Assembly: GCA_030390025.1 (NCBI GenBank)
Contig: CM059431.1
Span: 133,364,001-133,428,000, forward strand
Source: Squalus acanthias
Lineage: Eukaryota
Reading direction: 5' to 3'
Length of the DNA: 64,000 nt
Shown: in pieces, positions 1-12,513 of the stretch
Position numbering within the stretch: position 1 is the stretch's first letter
How the letters are laid out: the number at the start of each line of letters is the position of its first letter
Notes under the pieces: model-generated
What the model saw: only the letters and a program-made list of their open reading frames with translations
Databases searched by the model: none
What the model was told of the DNA's origin: nothing
Position numbers and translations under genes: made by a program

Positions 1-1348
1 ATAGGCGAGGGCGAGGAGAGACGAGGGGGAGGGGGAGGACAGGAGAGGCGAGGGCGAGGAGAGAGGGAGGAGAGGCGAGGGGGAGGAGAGGCGAGGGGGA
101 GGAGAGGCGATGGGGAGTGGGAGGAGAGGCGAGGGGGAGGAGTGGCGAGGGGGAGGAGAGGCGAGGGGGAGGAGAGGCGAGGGGGAGGAGAGGCGAGGGG
201 GAGGAGAGGGCGAGGAGAGGCGAGGGCGAGGGCGAAGAGAGGCGAGGGCGAAGAGAGGCGAGGGCGAAGAGAGGCGAGGAGATGCGAGGGCGAGGAGAGG
301 CGAGGGCGAGGAGGAGGAGAGGCGAGGAGATGCGAGGGCGAGGAGAGGAGAGGGCGAGGAGATGCGAGGAGGAAGACGAGAATAGGCGAGGGCGAGGAGA
401 GACGAGGGGGAGGGGAAGGAGAGGAGAGGCGAGGGCAAGGAGAGGCGATGGGGAGAAGAGGCGAGGGGGAGGAGAGGCGAGGGGGAGGAGAGGGAAAGGC
501 GAGGGCGAGGAGAGGGAAAGGCGAGGGCAAGGAGAGGCGAGGGCGAGGAGATGCGAGGAGGAAGACGAGAATAGGCGAGGGCGAGGAGAGACGAGGGGGA
601 GGGGGAGGAGAGGAGAGGCGAAGGCGAGGAGAGAGGGAGGAGAGGCGAGGGGGAGGAGAGGCGATGGGGAGTGGGAGGAGAGGCGAGGGGGAGGAGAGGC
701 GAGGGGGAGGGGGAGGAGAGGAGAGGCGAGGGCGAGGAGAGAGGGAGGAGAGGCGAGGGGGAGGAGAGGCGAGGGGGAGTGGGAGGAGAGGCGAGGGGGA
801 GGAGAGGCGAGGGGGAGGAGAGGCGAGGGGGAGGAGAGGCGAGGGGGAGGAGAGGCGAGGGGGAGGAGAGGCGAGGGGGAGGAGAGGCGAGGGGGAGGAG
901 AGGCGATGGGGAGTGGGAGGAGAGGCGAGGGTGAGGAGAGGCGAGGGGGAGGAGAGGCGTGGGGGAGGAGAGGCGGGGGGGGGAGAAGAGGCGGGGGGGG
1001 AGAAGAGGCGGGGGGGAGGAGAGGCGAGGGGGAGGAGAGGCGAGGGGGAGGAGAGGCGAGGGGGAGGAGAGGCGAGGGGGAGGAGAGGCGAGGGGGAGGA
1101 GAGGCGAGGGGGAGGAGAGGCGAGGGGGAGGAGAGGCGAGGGGGAGGAGAGGCGTGGGGGAGGAGAGGCGAGGGGGAGGAGAGGCGAGGGGGAGGAGAGG
1201 CGTGGGGGAGGAGAGGCGTGGGGGAGGAGAGGCGTGGGGGAGGAGAGGCGTGGGGGAGGAGAGGCGAGTGGGAGGAGAGGCGAGGGGGAGGAGCTGGCGA
1301 GGGGGAGGGGAAAGAGAGGCGGGGGGGAAGAAGAGGCGAGGGGGGGGG
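1..1348. repeat. Purine/G-rich low-complexity tandem repeat (core ~16-bp GAGGAGAGGCGAGGGG)
   Basis: The unit is directly visible many times. The long R/G/E ORFs here are translation artefacts. Runs into the N gap. Confidence 0.95.
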
Positions 1349-1848
1349 NNNNNNNNNNNNNNNNNNNNNNNNNNNNNNNNNNNNNNNNNNNNNNNNNNNN
1401 NNNNNNNNNNNNNNNNNNNNNNNNNNNNNNNNNNNNNNNNNNNNNNNNNNNNNNNNNNNNNNNNNNNNNNNNNNNNNNNNNNNNNNNNNNNNNNNNNNNN
1501 NNNNNNNNNNNNNNNNNNNNNNNNNNNNNNNNNNNNNNNNNNNNNNNNNNNNNNNNNNNNNNNNNNNNNNNNNNNNNNNNNNNNNNNNNNNNNNNNNNNN
1601 NNNNNNNNNNNNNNNNNNNNNNNNNNNNNNNNNNNNNNNNNNNNNNNNNNNNNNNNNNNNNNNNNNNNNNNNNNNNNNNNNNNNNNNNNNNNNNNNNNNN
1701 NNNNNNNNNNNNNNNNNNNNNNNNNNNNNNNNNNNNNNNNNNNNNNNNNNNNNNNNNNNNNNNNNNNNNNNNNNNNNNNNNNNNNNNNNNNNNNNNNNNN
1801 NNNNNNNNNNNNNNNNNNNNNNNNNNNNNNNNNNNNNNNNNNNNNNNN
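1349..1848. other. Assembly gap (500 N)
   Basis: Run of N, followed by (CT)n at 1849-1880. Confidence 1.
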
Positions 1849-1885
<37 letters not shown>

Positions 1886-2399
1886 CCTCCTTCCCCTGGG
1901 ATTTATGGCCTCACAGGTTACACCACGTTCCAGCGCCGAGCCCTGGCCCAGGAGCCTGTGCCGTCCCAGCCGAAGTTGTTCTGTCGCCCGCTCCTTGCTT
2001 TTATTCCTTTCTCTCCACTCCTTTTTATTTTTGAAACAAATAATTCCTTCGAAAAGAAAATGAGGGAAGTTTTTAATACTGGCCGCGAAAAGAAATATTC
2101 TGTCTCGCTGTTTATTCATCAGCAAAACAAAATAATTAGCTGGAATAACAGAAGCAATTATGAAACTAAAAGCCTCTTCTGCTTCCCACCGTGGCTCCAA
2201 ATACAAATCTAAACTTGTGTCATGTTTAACAGTAGTTTTTAATTCAGATTTTATTACACGGGATTCCAGCATTTTTATCAGTACTTTGGAGAATCATATT
2301 CTGTTGGGTAGGTGTGAGGAATGATGTGATGGAGAACATTCACAAAACAGAGTGAAAGGGGGCGGGCCTTAAACCACAGGATGTGAGTTGAATCAGCAA

Positions 2400-2640
2400 A
2401 TGTACTCACTTTTCCTGACCTGGTTAGGTCATTAAACCACTTCCTACATTGCATCCAAGACCTGAGCACAATGCACCTGTTGCTCACCTCCTCAGCTACC
2501 TCAAACCATGCCTTCTTCATGAGAGCCGCAGGTTTCTTCATCCCATTGCTGGGGAAAAGTATGTCCCTCCTGCTCCTGACTGCACCCGTGATGCGTCATT
2601 GAATCTGGATGCTGCCCTTGCTCTATTTGCACCATCCATT
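2400..2640 (-). pseudogene. Harbinger Myb/SANT-like exon-1 remnant
   Basis: ORF 2278-2541 has AWFEVAEEVS..RSWMQCRKWFNDLTRSGK followed by a GTGAGT donor, matching the Myb exon 1 of other Harbingers here. Frameshifted upstream. Confidence 0.75.
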
Positions 2641-2879
2641 ATGAACACCTCCAATTTCCAGCTGTACATTATCCCTTTAACTACAGCTGAAGCTGGCATC
2701 ATGCGGGTGCGCATCACACCCGCTGCGCAGCTTGGATATGCGAAATCCAGAAGTCAAAATTAATTGCTTCAAATGAGTTGCGATCGCAGATTCCGATGCG
2801 CTGAGTTGACTTCCAGGTTTCACCCACATAATTCCACCTACCTCACCGCTCGGAAGCCACCTTTAGGTTAATATCAGGG

Positions 2880-3375
2880 TCATTGTGTCCAATTCTGGAC
2901 ACCACACTTTAGGAAGGATGTCAAGGCCTTAGAGAGGGTGCAGAGGAGATTTACTAGAATGGTACCAGGGATGAAGGACTCCAGTTATGTGGAGAGGCTA
3001 CAAAAACTAGGGTTGTTCTCTGTAGAGCAGAGAAGGTTAATGGGAGGTTTGATAGCGGTGTTTTAATAGAATAAATAAGGAGAAACTGTCCAGTGGCAAA
3101 AGGATTGATAACCAGAGGACACAGATGTAAGGTAATTGACAAAAGAACCAGAGGCGGCATAAGGAGAAAAAAAATTACGCAGCGAGTTATGATGATCTGG
3201 GATGCACTGCCTGAACACCACACTTTAGGAAGGATGTCAAGGCCTTAGAGAGGGTGCAGAGGAGGGTGGAAGCAGATTGAACAATAACTTTCAAAAGGGA
3301 ATTGGATAAATACTTGAAGTGGATAGTTTTGCAGGGCTATGGGAAAAGACCAGGGGAGCGGGAATAATTGGATGT
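2880..3375 (+). mobile_element. CR1 LINE 3' fragment
   Basis: Translates to CVQFWTPHFRKDVKALERVQRRFTRMVPG, the CR1 ORF2 C-terminus. Confidence 0.85.
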
Positions 3376-3733
3376 CGTCAGGAGGACCAGGTTGCAGTGG
3401 TACAAAAAGTTCAATGATCTCAGTAGATCACGAAACGTTACTGCCAAGCCACACTGAACCTCGTCCTGCTGTGCCTCCCATCACTCTGCCTTCCCTACCC
3501 AACTCCTGCACATCCTTACTCACACCAACTTACCTTGCACCTCCACCCATCCCTCACTATCTACATTATCACTTCCCCATCTCACTAGCCACCACTCACA
3601 TTCACTCTCACCCTAGTGCAAGCATACCAACTAACAACACACAAAGGTAGGCACTTGAATGTTTTAGCCAATGTTCATGTGAAGTTTCTGTTAATGTGCT
3701 GTCAAACATTGAAATCTTTATTTTCAACTTTTT

Positions 3734-5894
3734 GGGCTGGATTTTCTCAGCCCCGAGGAGGCGGGTATGGAGGCGGGTCAGCCAGTAAAGTTGCAGAAAG
3801 TGGGGGCGGATGGCAAACCCGCCCCCGTCCCGCCTCTGTTCCCTTTTGCCAGGAGGCGGGAAGATGTCCTGCTTTGGGTCCCGTCTCCTCGACGCGGGAA
3901 AGGGATTAAATCCTTTTTACTGCCTGTTAACAGGTGTGGAGTGGTAAGCATGTGAGGTGAGTGCTGAAGACTTGTGCTCCAGAACTAGCCGCGCCTCTAG
4001 CCAAGCTGTTCCAGTACAGCTACAATACTGGCATCTATCCGACAATGTGGAAAACTGCCTAGGTATGTCCTGTCCACAAAAAGCAGGACAAATCCAACCC
4101 AGCCAATTACTGCCCATCAGTCTACTCTCAATCATCAGCAAAGTGATGGAAGGTGTCATCGACAGTGCTATCAAGCGGCACTTACTCACCAATAACCTGC
4201 TCACTGATGCCCAGTTTGGGTTCCGCCAAGACCACTCTGCTCCAGACCTCATTACAGCCTTGGTCCAAACATGGACAAAGGAGCTGAATTCCAGAGGTGA
4301 GGTGAGAGTGACTGCCCTTGACATCGAGGCAGCATTTGACCGAGTCTGGCATCAAGGAGCCCCAGTAAAACTGAAGTCAATGGGAATCAGGGGGAAAACG
4401 CTCCACTGGCTGGAGTCATACCTAGCACAAAGGAAGGTGGTTGAAGGTCAATCATCACAGTCCCAGGACATCGCTGCAGGAGTTCCTCAGGGCAGTGTCC
4501 TAGGCCCAACCATCTTCAGCTGCTTCATCAATGACCTTCCCTCCAACATAAGGTCAGAAATGGGGATGTTCGCTGATGACCGCACAGTGTTCAGCACCAT
4601 TCACAACTCCTCAGATAATGAAGCAGTCCATGCCCACATGCAACAAGACCTGGACGACGTTCAGGCTTGGGCTGATAAGTGGCAGGTAACATTCGCGCCA
4701 CAGAAGTGCCAGGCAATGACTATCTCCAACAAGCGAGAGTCTAACCACCTCCCCTTGACATTGAACAGCATTACCATCGCCGAATCCTCCACTATCAACA
4801 TCCTGGGGGTCACCATTAACCAGAAACTTAACTGGACCAGCCACATAAATATTGTGGCAACAAGAGCAGGTCAGAGGCTAGGTATTCTGCGGCGAGTGTC
4901 TCACCTCCTGACTCCACAAAGCCTTTCCACCATCTACAAGGCACAAGTCAGGAGTGTGATGGAATACTCTCCACTTGCCTGGATGAGTGCAGCTCCAACA
5001 ACACTCAAGAAGCTCAACACCATCCAAGACAAAGCAGCCCGCTTGATTGGCACCCCAGCCACCACCTTAAACATTCACTCCCTCCACCACCGGCGTACCG
5101 TGGCTGCAGTGTGTACCATCTACAAGATGCACTGCAGCAACTCGCCAAGGCTTCTTCGGCAGCACCTCCCAAACCCGCGACCTCTTCCACCTAGAAGGAC
5201 AAGGGCAGGAGGCGCATGGGAACACCACCACCTCCAAGGTCCCCTCCAAGTCACACACCATCCGACTTAGAAGTATATCGCCGATCCTTCATCGTCGCTG
5301 GGTCAAAATCCTGGAACTCCCTCCCTAACAGCACTGTGGGAGTACCATCACCACACGGACTGCAGTGGTTCAAGAAGGCGGCTCACCACCACCTTCTCAA
5401 GGGCAACTAGGGATGGGTAATAAATGCTGGCATTGCCAGCGATGCCCTGATCCCATAAATGAATAGAAAAAAAAAGTGTTATAAAATGTTCACTTACTTT
5501 TGTTTCTGCCTACAGCCTTCAGTCGCGGTGGTTCCGGAGTCCCGACATCTTCATTGTAGATTTCACAGACTGGCTGTTGGATCCTCCGAACCAACAGTCA
5601 TCTGCTTTCTACAAAGTTGAAAGATTTGATGAGTCCTGAACACAAGGACTCATTAAACTGCACAGAGCTGTCAAACGCTGACATTTCTTCTTTCAAGAAG
5701 TCTTGACAGATGGCACGTCAGACGTTGACGTGCTCTGTCAATGACATCCCCCTAATTGGCCTGCTGAGCCAGGGCTTAACAAGGTCAATCAGGGGAAAAT
5801 CCCTCTGGTTGGCCAGAACATGATGGAGGCGGGACTGAGACCCGACAAGCAGCAGTCCCGCCTCCAGCACATTTCCATTCACAAAATCCAGCCT
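3734..5894. mobile_element. Non-autonomous Harbinger-type TIR element (family B ends) carrying a LINE insertion
   Basis: GGGCTGGATTTT...AAAATCCAGCCT termini with TTT on both flanks. The left end resembles 38284 onward. Confidence 0.7.
3961..5475 (+). mobile_element. 5'-truncated non-LTR retrotransposon (CR1/L2-group, 'LINE-B'): RT domain plus 3' tail
   Basis: ORF 3957-5270 has AFDRVWH, GVPQGSVLGP and MFADD. Ends HHHLLKGN*, then an AATAAA-containing UTR and an A-tail. Confidence 0.9.
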
Positions 5895-7800
5895 TTTGCA
5901 TTCTTGGACAGATTTGTGTGGACGTTTGGAAATGGCTTAGTGAGTTGCAGTGAATGGTGAGACATAACGGTACCCCCCGCAATGGTGAGGAGTGTGAAAG
6001 GAATGGCTTGGACATTGTAGGGATGCTTTATGGTGTTGGTGTGTGGTGGTGCCAACCTGGCGCATCATGTGGCAGCCAGGGTGTGCAGCATCAAGTGAAG
6101 TAAATCTGGCCATGGTGAGGCCATCCCTGGCGTCCCGGGCAGCAATGTGGTCGGGTGCTGATGCCCTGTGTCCTATGCAGCATCAGCTGATTGCGGAGAA
6201 GGTTGGTGTTGTTGATGCTGCTGATCGTGGTGGGATTCTGAGGACCAAGGTGAGATTTTTTTCAAGGGCACCAATGCTGATAGAATAGATGGCAGGTGAA
6301 GTTGAGATGACAGAAGCAATCTGCTAATGATGAGAGAGGTTGTTCCAATGAGGTGACACTGGATACAGAGTTTGCTTCAAACACTTGCTAGCTGCAGAAA
6401 GCTCAATCTGTCTTCCAAATGCAGTAAACAAGAGCTTCTAACATTGGAAAGTGAAGACCTATGAAATGGAAGCTTTTATAGATCATTTGCAGCTGTCAGG
6501 TTAGTAAATCATCCCATGCTGACACAACCCCCGACCTACTTACCTGACGTGATCCCCAAGCAGCGGGGAAACCGTTGGCGAACTCTAAAAATCTAAAGGT
6601 GAGTTTAAAATAATACTTAATTGCCTCTTAACAATCCAGCTAATGATCTAAGTTGCCTCCCCCGCCACTTGGTGTCGGGTCTGTTCAGTGCTGACAGACC
6701 TGACACCTGGGAGACGAGCGTGGAGGCGGGTTGACAGCGGGTCCCGATCCGCTGTCAATCATTTCAAATTTCACAGCTGACCCGCCTCCTATCTCGTCCT
6801 CTCAGTGCCGGTATAATTCCAGCCTATGAGTCATTGGTTCTAGTTTTGGATTGGCTGGAATGGCATGTGTAAGCCTATACTATTTGTTGCTGTACCTAGG
6901 ATAATAGATCATGTTGCAGACATGAATTAATGTGCAGCCAGCTCAGTCTTCCTAGATGCAAAATTGTTTTAGTTGAGTTGCAGCTGCCTGAGGACATTAG
7001 AGATGCAAATTACTGAAAATAAGACTACTTACCTGGCAATATGGTAATCTTCCATTGCAGTTGAATCTGCCTATATTACAACAATAAGCAACATACATTT
7101 ATGTAGTGATCGTCACATAAGAAATAGGAGCTGGAGTAGGACATTTGGCCCTTTGATCCTGCTCCGCAATTCAACAAGATCATGGTTGATCTTTTACCTC
7201 AATTCCACCTTCCCACACTATCCCCATATCCCTTAATCCCCTTCGTTCCCAACAATTTATCGACGTCTGTCTTGAATATACTCACCGACTGAGCATCCAC
7301 AACTCTCTGGGATAGAGAATTCCAAAGATTCACAACCCTTTGAGTGAAGAAATTTCTACTCATCTCAGTCCTAAATGGTCGACCCCTTATTCTGAGACTG
7401 TGACCCCGTGTTCTAGATTCCCCAGCCGGGGGAAACATTTTCTCAGCATTAACCCTGTCAAGCCCCTTAAGAAGTTTATGGGGGCGCTTTTATCGGCCGG
7501 GCGCAAAGTTTAGCGCCTGGCGCTAATTATCGCCTCCAACTGCAAAATTGGCCTCTATCGCCCCTGGAGGTGATTTGAGCGCTAAATCAGGCGCTACTCA
7601 CCTCTCTTAAGGCGCTAATGTCGAGGAGCGAGGTGCTACCGAAGCTCAGGTGATGTCAGTTAGCAATTGAACACAGACAGACTGGCGCCGGCCACTTTTT
7701 AAAGGGGAGGGTCCATGTTGCTGGCCAGCCACACTCTGCTCATTGTAGCCTTGAATCTCGGCCTGGAGAGACCTCGAAAGCAATTGTGCTGGAACCACTA

Positions 7801-9591
7801 ATGGATAGGCCCAGGGAAAGAGCTCAGTGCTTCAGCGACCGGGCCTTGGTGGCTCTGGTTGGCGCTGTGGAGCGGCGACAGGCAGTGCTCTACCCACAGA
7901 GTGGCAGGAGGCCATTGCCCCGTGAATACAGAAGAGTGTGGAGGGAGGTGGCTCAGCACATCTCCTCAAGGAGCCTAGGGCCGAGTACCCACACCCAATG
8001 TCATAAGAAGTTCAACGACCTCACTCGGGTGGTCAGGGTGAGTGGCTGCTTTTCAATACCTCGACATCCCTCCATCTCAACTTCACTCTGTGCCCAGAGG
8101 GTTTAAAAACCCCAAATTCCCAACACTCATCCACGACCTATGGCCATCTCATAAAACACACACGCACATTCCACACCTTGCATACATTAAGGGCTATTCA
8201 ACTATGGGAGGCACATCAGGCAAGCACATGGCTGCATACATTAAGGGCTATTCAACTATGGGAGGCACATCAGGCAAGCACATGGCTGCACATTTACTCA
8301 GACACCGTCCTTTTTCTTGCAGGCCAAGCTATCTCAGGCGGCAGCAGCAACGCACGGAAGGAGGACTGGCTGACCTATACACCCTCACCGATTTGGAGGC
8401 GCACATGCACAGGATCGTTGCCAGCCAGGTCATAGGTGCCGTGGCCACTGGAGAGGTCGACCCCCTTGGGGACAGCCATGGTATGTTCATCAGCTTTCTC
8501 TCCTCTCTCATTCCACTTGCCCCTCACAACACCAGCCTTTTACACTTTCAATCCAACTTACTAACTGTCTCCAGTCCTTGCTCCCTTACTGCCCCCCTGT
8601 CCTGATGCTAAAGCTACTGTTTTAAGATAGTGAACCACCAGCTGACCAGCCTGTCCCTCAAACTACCAGTGGCAGCGATGCCCCAGGCGAGGAGGAAGAG
8701 CCTCACCGCCTGCATCTCCCGAGGGAGCCCATTCCGACACTGGGACCACGCCTTCCCTGGAGGGGAGCAGGGGGGTAGGGTCTGATGAGGGCGAAGCTCC
8801 GGGACCCAGAGGGCTGCAGCAACGCCATGGGGGTAGGGAAGCTCGGGGGGCTAGCTCCCCGAAGGGCGAGTAGGCAAGCAAGTCCTGCTGCACTGGATGC
8901 AGAGGAGGAGCGCGCCATCGCGGCCATGAATAGCCAGGCCTTGAGCATGCACACTGAGCTCATGGGTGCAATGGCAAGGGTGCCCGAAAGCATGGATGGA
9001 CAGGCTAGGAGTGTGGAGCAGTCCGCTGCAGCACAGGCCGACGCAACGCAGCGGCTTAGTGCTGCAATTCAGTCATTGGCTAGTGTCATCCAGTCTCAGA
9101 CTGATCTCATGCAGTCTCAGATTGATATCACGCAAGCATTGACTGCTGCCATCCTCGCTGGGTCGGCCACATTGCTCCAGGGCGCTCTCGGTGCCGCAGC
9201 AGGCCAGCAATCTGTGCTCCAGCAGATTGCTCCGGATGCTGAGGTGCTGCCCCGTGGGAGTGCCAGTGTGTCGGTCGAGCAGGAAGGTGCTGTCCTCTCT
9301 CAGGCTGACAGCATTCCTGCTCCCACCACTGGCACTTCCCCATTGCACTGGCCACCGCCTGTAGCCCAGACTGCTGCCGCCCATGCAGAGTTGGTGCAGT
9401 CTGCAGCCGGGCCCTCCAGGCCCAGAGCTGGTCAAGGGCGTCCTTCAAGGGCATCTGCAGTGTTTGAATCCAGCATTGAGCAGCCTTCCACCAGCCTTGC
9501 TGCAGTCACTGGGGCCCCATTACAGAGGATCAGTAGGGTGGGAAGGGGGGAAGTGCGCAAGGGATGGAGATCACCCTCGAAGGGCAAATAG
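7801..9591 (+). pseudogene. Harbinger Myb/SANT partner gene (3 exons, frameshifted)
   Basis: Exon 1 MDRPRERAQCFSDRAL..WREVA..QCHKKFNDLTRVVR|GTGAGT. Exons 2 and 3 are out of frame relative to the intact copy at 33170-35187. Confidence 0.85.
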
Positions 9592-9906
9592 TAGGAGGCC
9601 TAAAGAAATGGTGGGAATGTTTGTGGTAAAGGTCGAGGTTCGTGTGATTACATTTGTTTACTGTTTTGCCGTTTATCTCCATCTTGTGAGAACGAGTTCT
9701 GTTAGTTCATGATTTGTTGTGTTTGTTTCTAATTGTTTGTCCTGAATAAATGACACACACAGAGTTTGTTAAATAAAAAAGTTTTTGTATTCAAAATTTA
9801 CATTTTTGGTCTTTGGAATCATTCCAGCTTTGGCTGGCAATAGCGGTTGCGGGTTGCTTTCCATGATGTTGTTCTCCATGCCAGAAGCCATCTTCTCAGT
9901 AGGGGC

Positions 9907-10977
9907 CTAGAAGCGGCTTCTTATTAGCCGTTCACGGACGGCCCTTGCAGTGGCAACATTGTGCGCCTCCTTCCCACGTTGGTGCTGCTGCTGATCCTCC
10001 TCCTCCTCCTCTTCCTCTTCCTCCTGAGGTGGTGCACCAATCCCTGGTGGCATTGGCTGGGTCCTCAGGATTACAAGGTTGTGAAGAATGCAGCACACAA
10101 CTATGAAGAGGGAGACTCGCTCAGGAGAGTACTGCAGGGCTCCTCCTGAGTGGTCCAGACAGCGGAACCGTTGCTTCAGCACGCCGATCGTCTGCTCAAT
10201 TATGTTCCTGGTGGTGATATGGCTCTCATTATACCGCAGCTCGGCAGGGGTGTTCGGGTTGCAGAGCGGTGTCATCAGCCAGGTGCACAGTGGATAACCT
10301 TTGTCCCCGAGGAGCCAACCACTTGGGTGATGCGGTGCCTGGAAAAGGTCTGGCACACCAGTCTGGCGCAGGATGAAAGCATCGTGGCTGCTGCCAGGAT
10401 AGCGGGCATTGACGGTGAGTATCAGCTGTCTGTGGTCACAGACAAACTGAACGTTTAAGGAGTGGTAGCCCTTGCGGTTTTGGAAAACCTCTGCATTTTC
10501 ATGCGTTGCCTGCAATGCCACATGCGTGCAGTCAATGGCGCCCTGCACCATGGGGAAGCCCGCTATCCTAGCAAAGCCACATGCGCGTTCATGCTGTTTG
10601 GCCCGGGTCATCGGGAAAGAGATGTACTGACGTCTCCTTTTATAGAGGGCATTTGTCACCTCCCGGATACAACAATGGATAGCGAACTGGAAGATATTGG
10701 CGATGTCCCCAGTAGAAGCTTGAAAGGAGCCGCTGGCATAAAAATTCAGAGCCACTGTCACCTTCACTGCCACCAACAGAGACGTCCTGGTCCTCAGTAG
10801 AGGCTGCAGATCTGGTTGCAGCAGGTGGCAGAGCTCAGTGACCACCTCCTTGCTGAAGCACAGCCTGCGCAAACACTGCTCCTCAGACAAACGAAGGTAT
10901 GAGAACTGCTTCCTGAATACCCTCAGAGGGTAAGGTCTCCTGTGCAGAGGCCTGTTGGCCCTCCTCCCTCTGGCCAT
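9907..10977 (-). CDS. Harbinger (HARBI1-like, DDE_Tnp_4-type) transposase; core open, extreme N-terminus apparently disrupted
   Basis: 356 aa with GAIDCTH, PGSSHDA, LLGDKGY, IIEQTIGVLKQRFRCL and an acidic tail. Confidence 0.9.
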   Translation of the reverse strand: MARGRRANRPLHRRPYPLRVFRKQFSYLRLSEEQCLRRLCFSKEVVTELCHLLQPDLQPLLRTRTSLLVAVKVTVALNFYASGSFQASTGDIANIFQFAIHCCIREVTNALYKRRRQYISFPMTRAKQHERACGFARIAGFPMVQGAIDCTHVALQATHENAEVFQNRKGYHSLNVQFVCDHRQLILTVNARYPGSSHDAFILRQTGVPDLFQAPHHPSGWLLGDKGYPLCTWLMTPLCNPNTPAELRYNESHITTRNIIEQTIGVLKQRFRCLDHSGGALQYSPERVSLFIVVCCILHNLVILRTQPMPPGIGAPPQEEEEEEEEEDQQQHQRGKEAHNVATARAVRERLIRSRF

Positions 10978-11674
10978 GTTTGCTACTCTCTGTGTCTCTG
11001 TTGCCTCCGATTCTGCAGGTGCAGGACGACGCCCCGATTCAGTGCAGCCCCACAGTCTCTTCTAAATTGATGCAAGGAAGGTCAAATCAAAATGAACCTG
11101 CAGTGTGCTGCTCCGGACCCAAAACTCCTTCACACACCGTTGAATCTGTCCAGAAGTCTCTCTCCCTCTTGGAATGCGTGGTGCAAAAATTTCGCCGGCA
11201 AGAAAAGGCAGGAAGCGGCCGCCTTTAAATAGTGTTCCCCAGCCCCTTCCCGACTGCAAAACGTTCCCCTCTACCTGTCGTTACTAGTGGCAGGCGGAAA
11301 GGCAGGGGGCGCGACTCAATATCTGGTCCGGGGCGTTGCACGCTCGACTGACGTCATGATCTGCGGGCGCAGGAGATCGTGGCGGTAGTGTTTAACACCA
11401 CCGCAAAATGTCTAGGTCAGTTTCGCGAGCGGCGCTAACATCGCCGCGCTCGGGCGCTAACTTCCTAGCACCCCGTTAGTGCCCCCGAAGGTGCTAACGG
11501 GAGGCACTAAGCAACCAAAATTTTCCCCCTATATGTTTCAATTAGATCACTTCTCATTCTTCTAAATTCTAAGGAATATAGACCTAGTCCACTCAATCTC
11601 TCCTCATAGGGCAATCCCCCCAACCCAGGAACCAGTCTAGTGAATCTTTGTTGCACTCCCTCTAAAGCAAGTAT

Positions 11675-11763
11675 GAGAAGTCGCACAACACCAGGTTATA
11701 GTCCAACAGTTTTATTTGAAATCACGAGCTTTCGGAGCGCTGCTCCTTCGTCAGGTAACGTGA
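11675..11763 (-). mobile_element. Penelope-like terminal fragment containing a hammerhead ribozyme
   Basis: Minus strand reads TTAC-CTGACGA-AGGAGCAGCGCTCC-GAAA-GCTC-GTGA, then AAATAAAA..CTGTTGGACTATAACCTGGTGTTGTG. Confidence 0.75.
11722..11758 (-). ncRNA. Minimal type I hammerhead ribozyme, catalytic core intact
   Basis: CUGACGA and GAAA boxes; stem II GGAGC/GCUCC; palindromic AGCU in place of stem III; CUC triplet; stem I UUAC/GUGA. Confidence 0.75.
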
Positions 11764-12103
11764 AGGAATACAGATCAGCAAAGCATATACACTAATCCCT
11801 TTGTAACAAAAGCTAACATACCATTTGCTTTCCTAATTGCTTGCTGTACCTGCATGTTAACTTTCTGTGATTCATGTACAAGGACACCCAGGTCCCTCTG
11901 AATGCAAACATTTCCCAGTCTCACCATTCAAAAAATATTCTGCTTTTTTGTTTTTCCTACCAAAGTGCATAACTTCACACTTCCCCACATTGTATTCCAT
12001 TTGCCATGTTCTTGCCCACTCAGTCAACCTATCTATATCTCTCTGCAGACTCTTTGTGTCCTCCTCACAGATTACTTTCCCGTCTAACTTTGTATCATCA
12101 GTT

Positions 12104-12390
12104 ACATAGAAACATAGAAACATAGAATCTAGGAGCAGGAGTAGGCCATTCGGCCCGTCGAGCCTGCTCCACCATTCAATACGATCATGGCTGATCATTC
12201 AAATCCAGTACCCTGTCCCTGCTTTAATCCCCACAGTACACATATCCCACCCTACCCCCGTAACCCCACGTATTTAATTCCCCCTAACATATCCCATCCT
12301 ATCCCCATAACCCCACATATTTAATCCCCCCTTAACACTAAGGGTCAATTTATCATAGCCAAATCAACCTAACCCGCACATTTTTGGACT
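12104..12390 (-). mobile_element. V-SINE-type (HE1-like) SINE fragment with CR1-derived 3' tail
   Basis: Minus strand has a V-domain-like core (AGTCCAAAAATGTGCGGGTTAGGTTGATTTGGCTATGATAAATTGACCC), a CR1-like tail and a (TTCTATGT)n terminus. Confidence 0.65.
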
Positions 12391-12513
12391 TAGTCCTTTC
12401 ATCTAAGTCATTAATATAGATTATAAATAGCTGAGGCCCAAGCACTGATCTTTGTGTCACCCCACTAGTTACAGCCTGCCAACCCGAAAAAGTCCCGTTT
12501 ATTCCTACTCTCT

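Larger units (their letters stand above)
3376..6824. mobile_element. Degenerate, internally deleted Harbinger (family B) with nested insertions
   Basis: Myb remnant (RRTRLQWYKKFNDLSRS, ~3380-3435, +). Transposase C-terminal remnant HIAARDARDGLTMARF (~6100-6150, -) resembles the end of ORF 39729-40022. TIR-like AATTCCAGCC at ~6815-6824. Confidence 0.55.
7480..11529. mobile_element. PIF/Harbinger DNA transposon (family A), near full length, decayed
   Basis: TAT TSD (7477-79, 11530-32). Right TIR AAAATTTTCCCCC; left TIR partly deleted relative to 51633. Convergent Myb and transposase genes. Confidence 0.92.

Noticed and set aside
110..2212. Long R/G/E-rich ORFs (648, 630, 417 aa)
   Set aside because: Stop-free only because the repeat lacks T and the frames cross 500 N.
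7033..7070. Possible 38-nt minus-strand host exon (TAG|GCAGAT..GCCAG|GTAAGT)
   Set aside because: Good donor but weak acceptor, no recognisable peptide and no partner exons. Needs RNA-seq.
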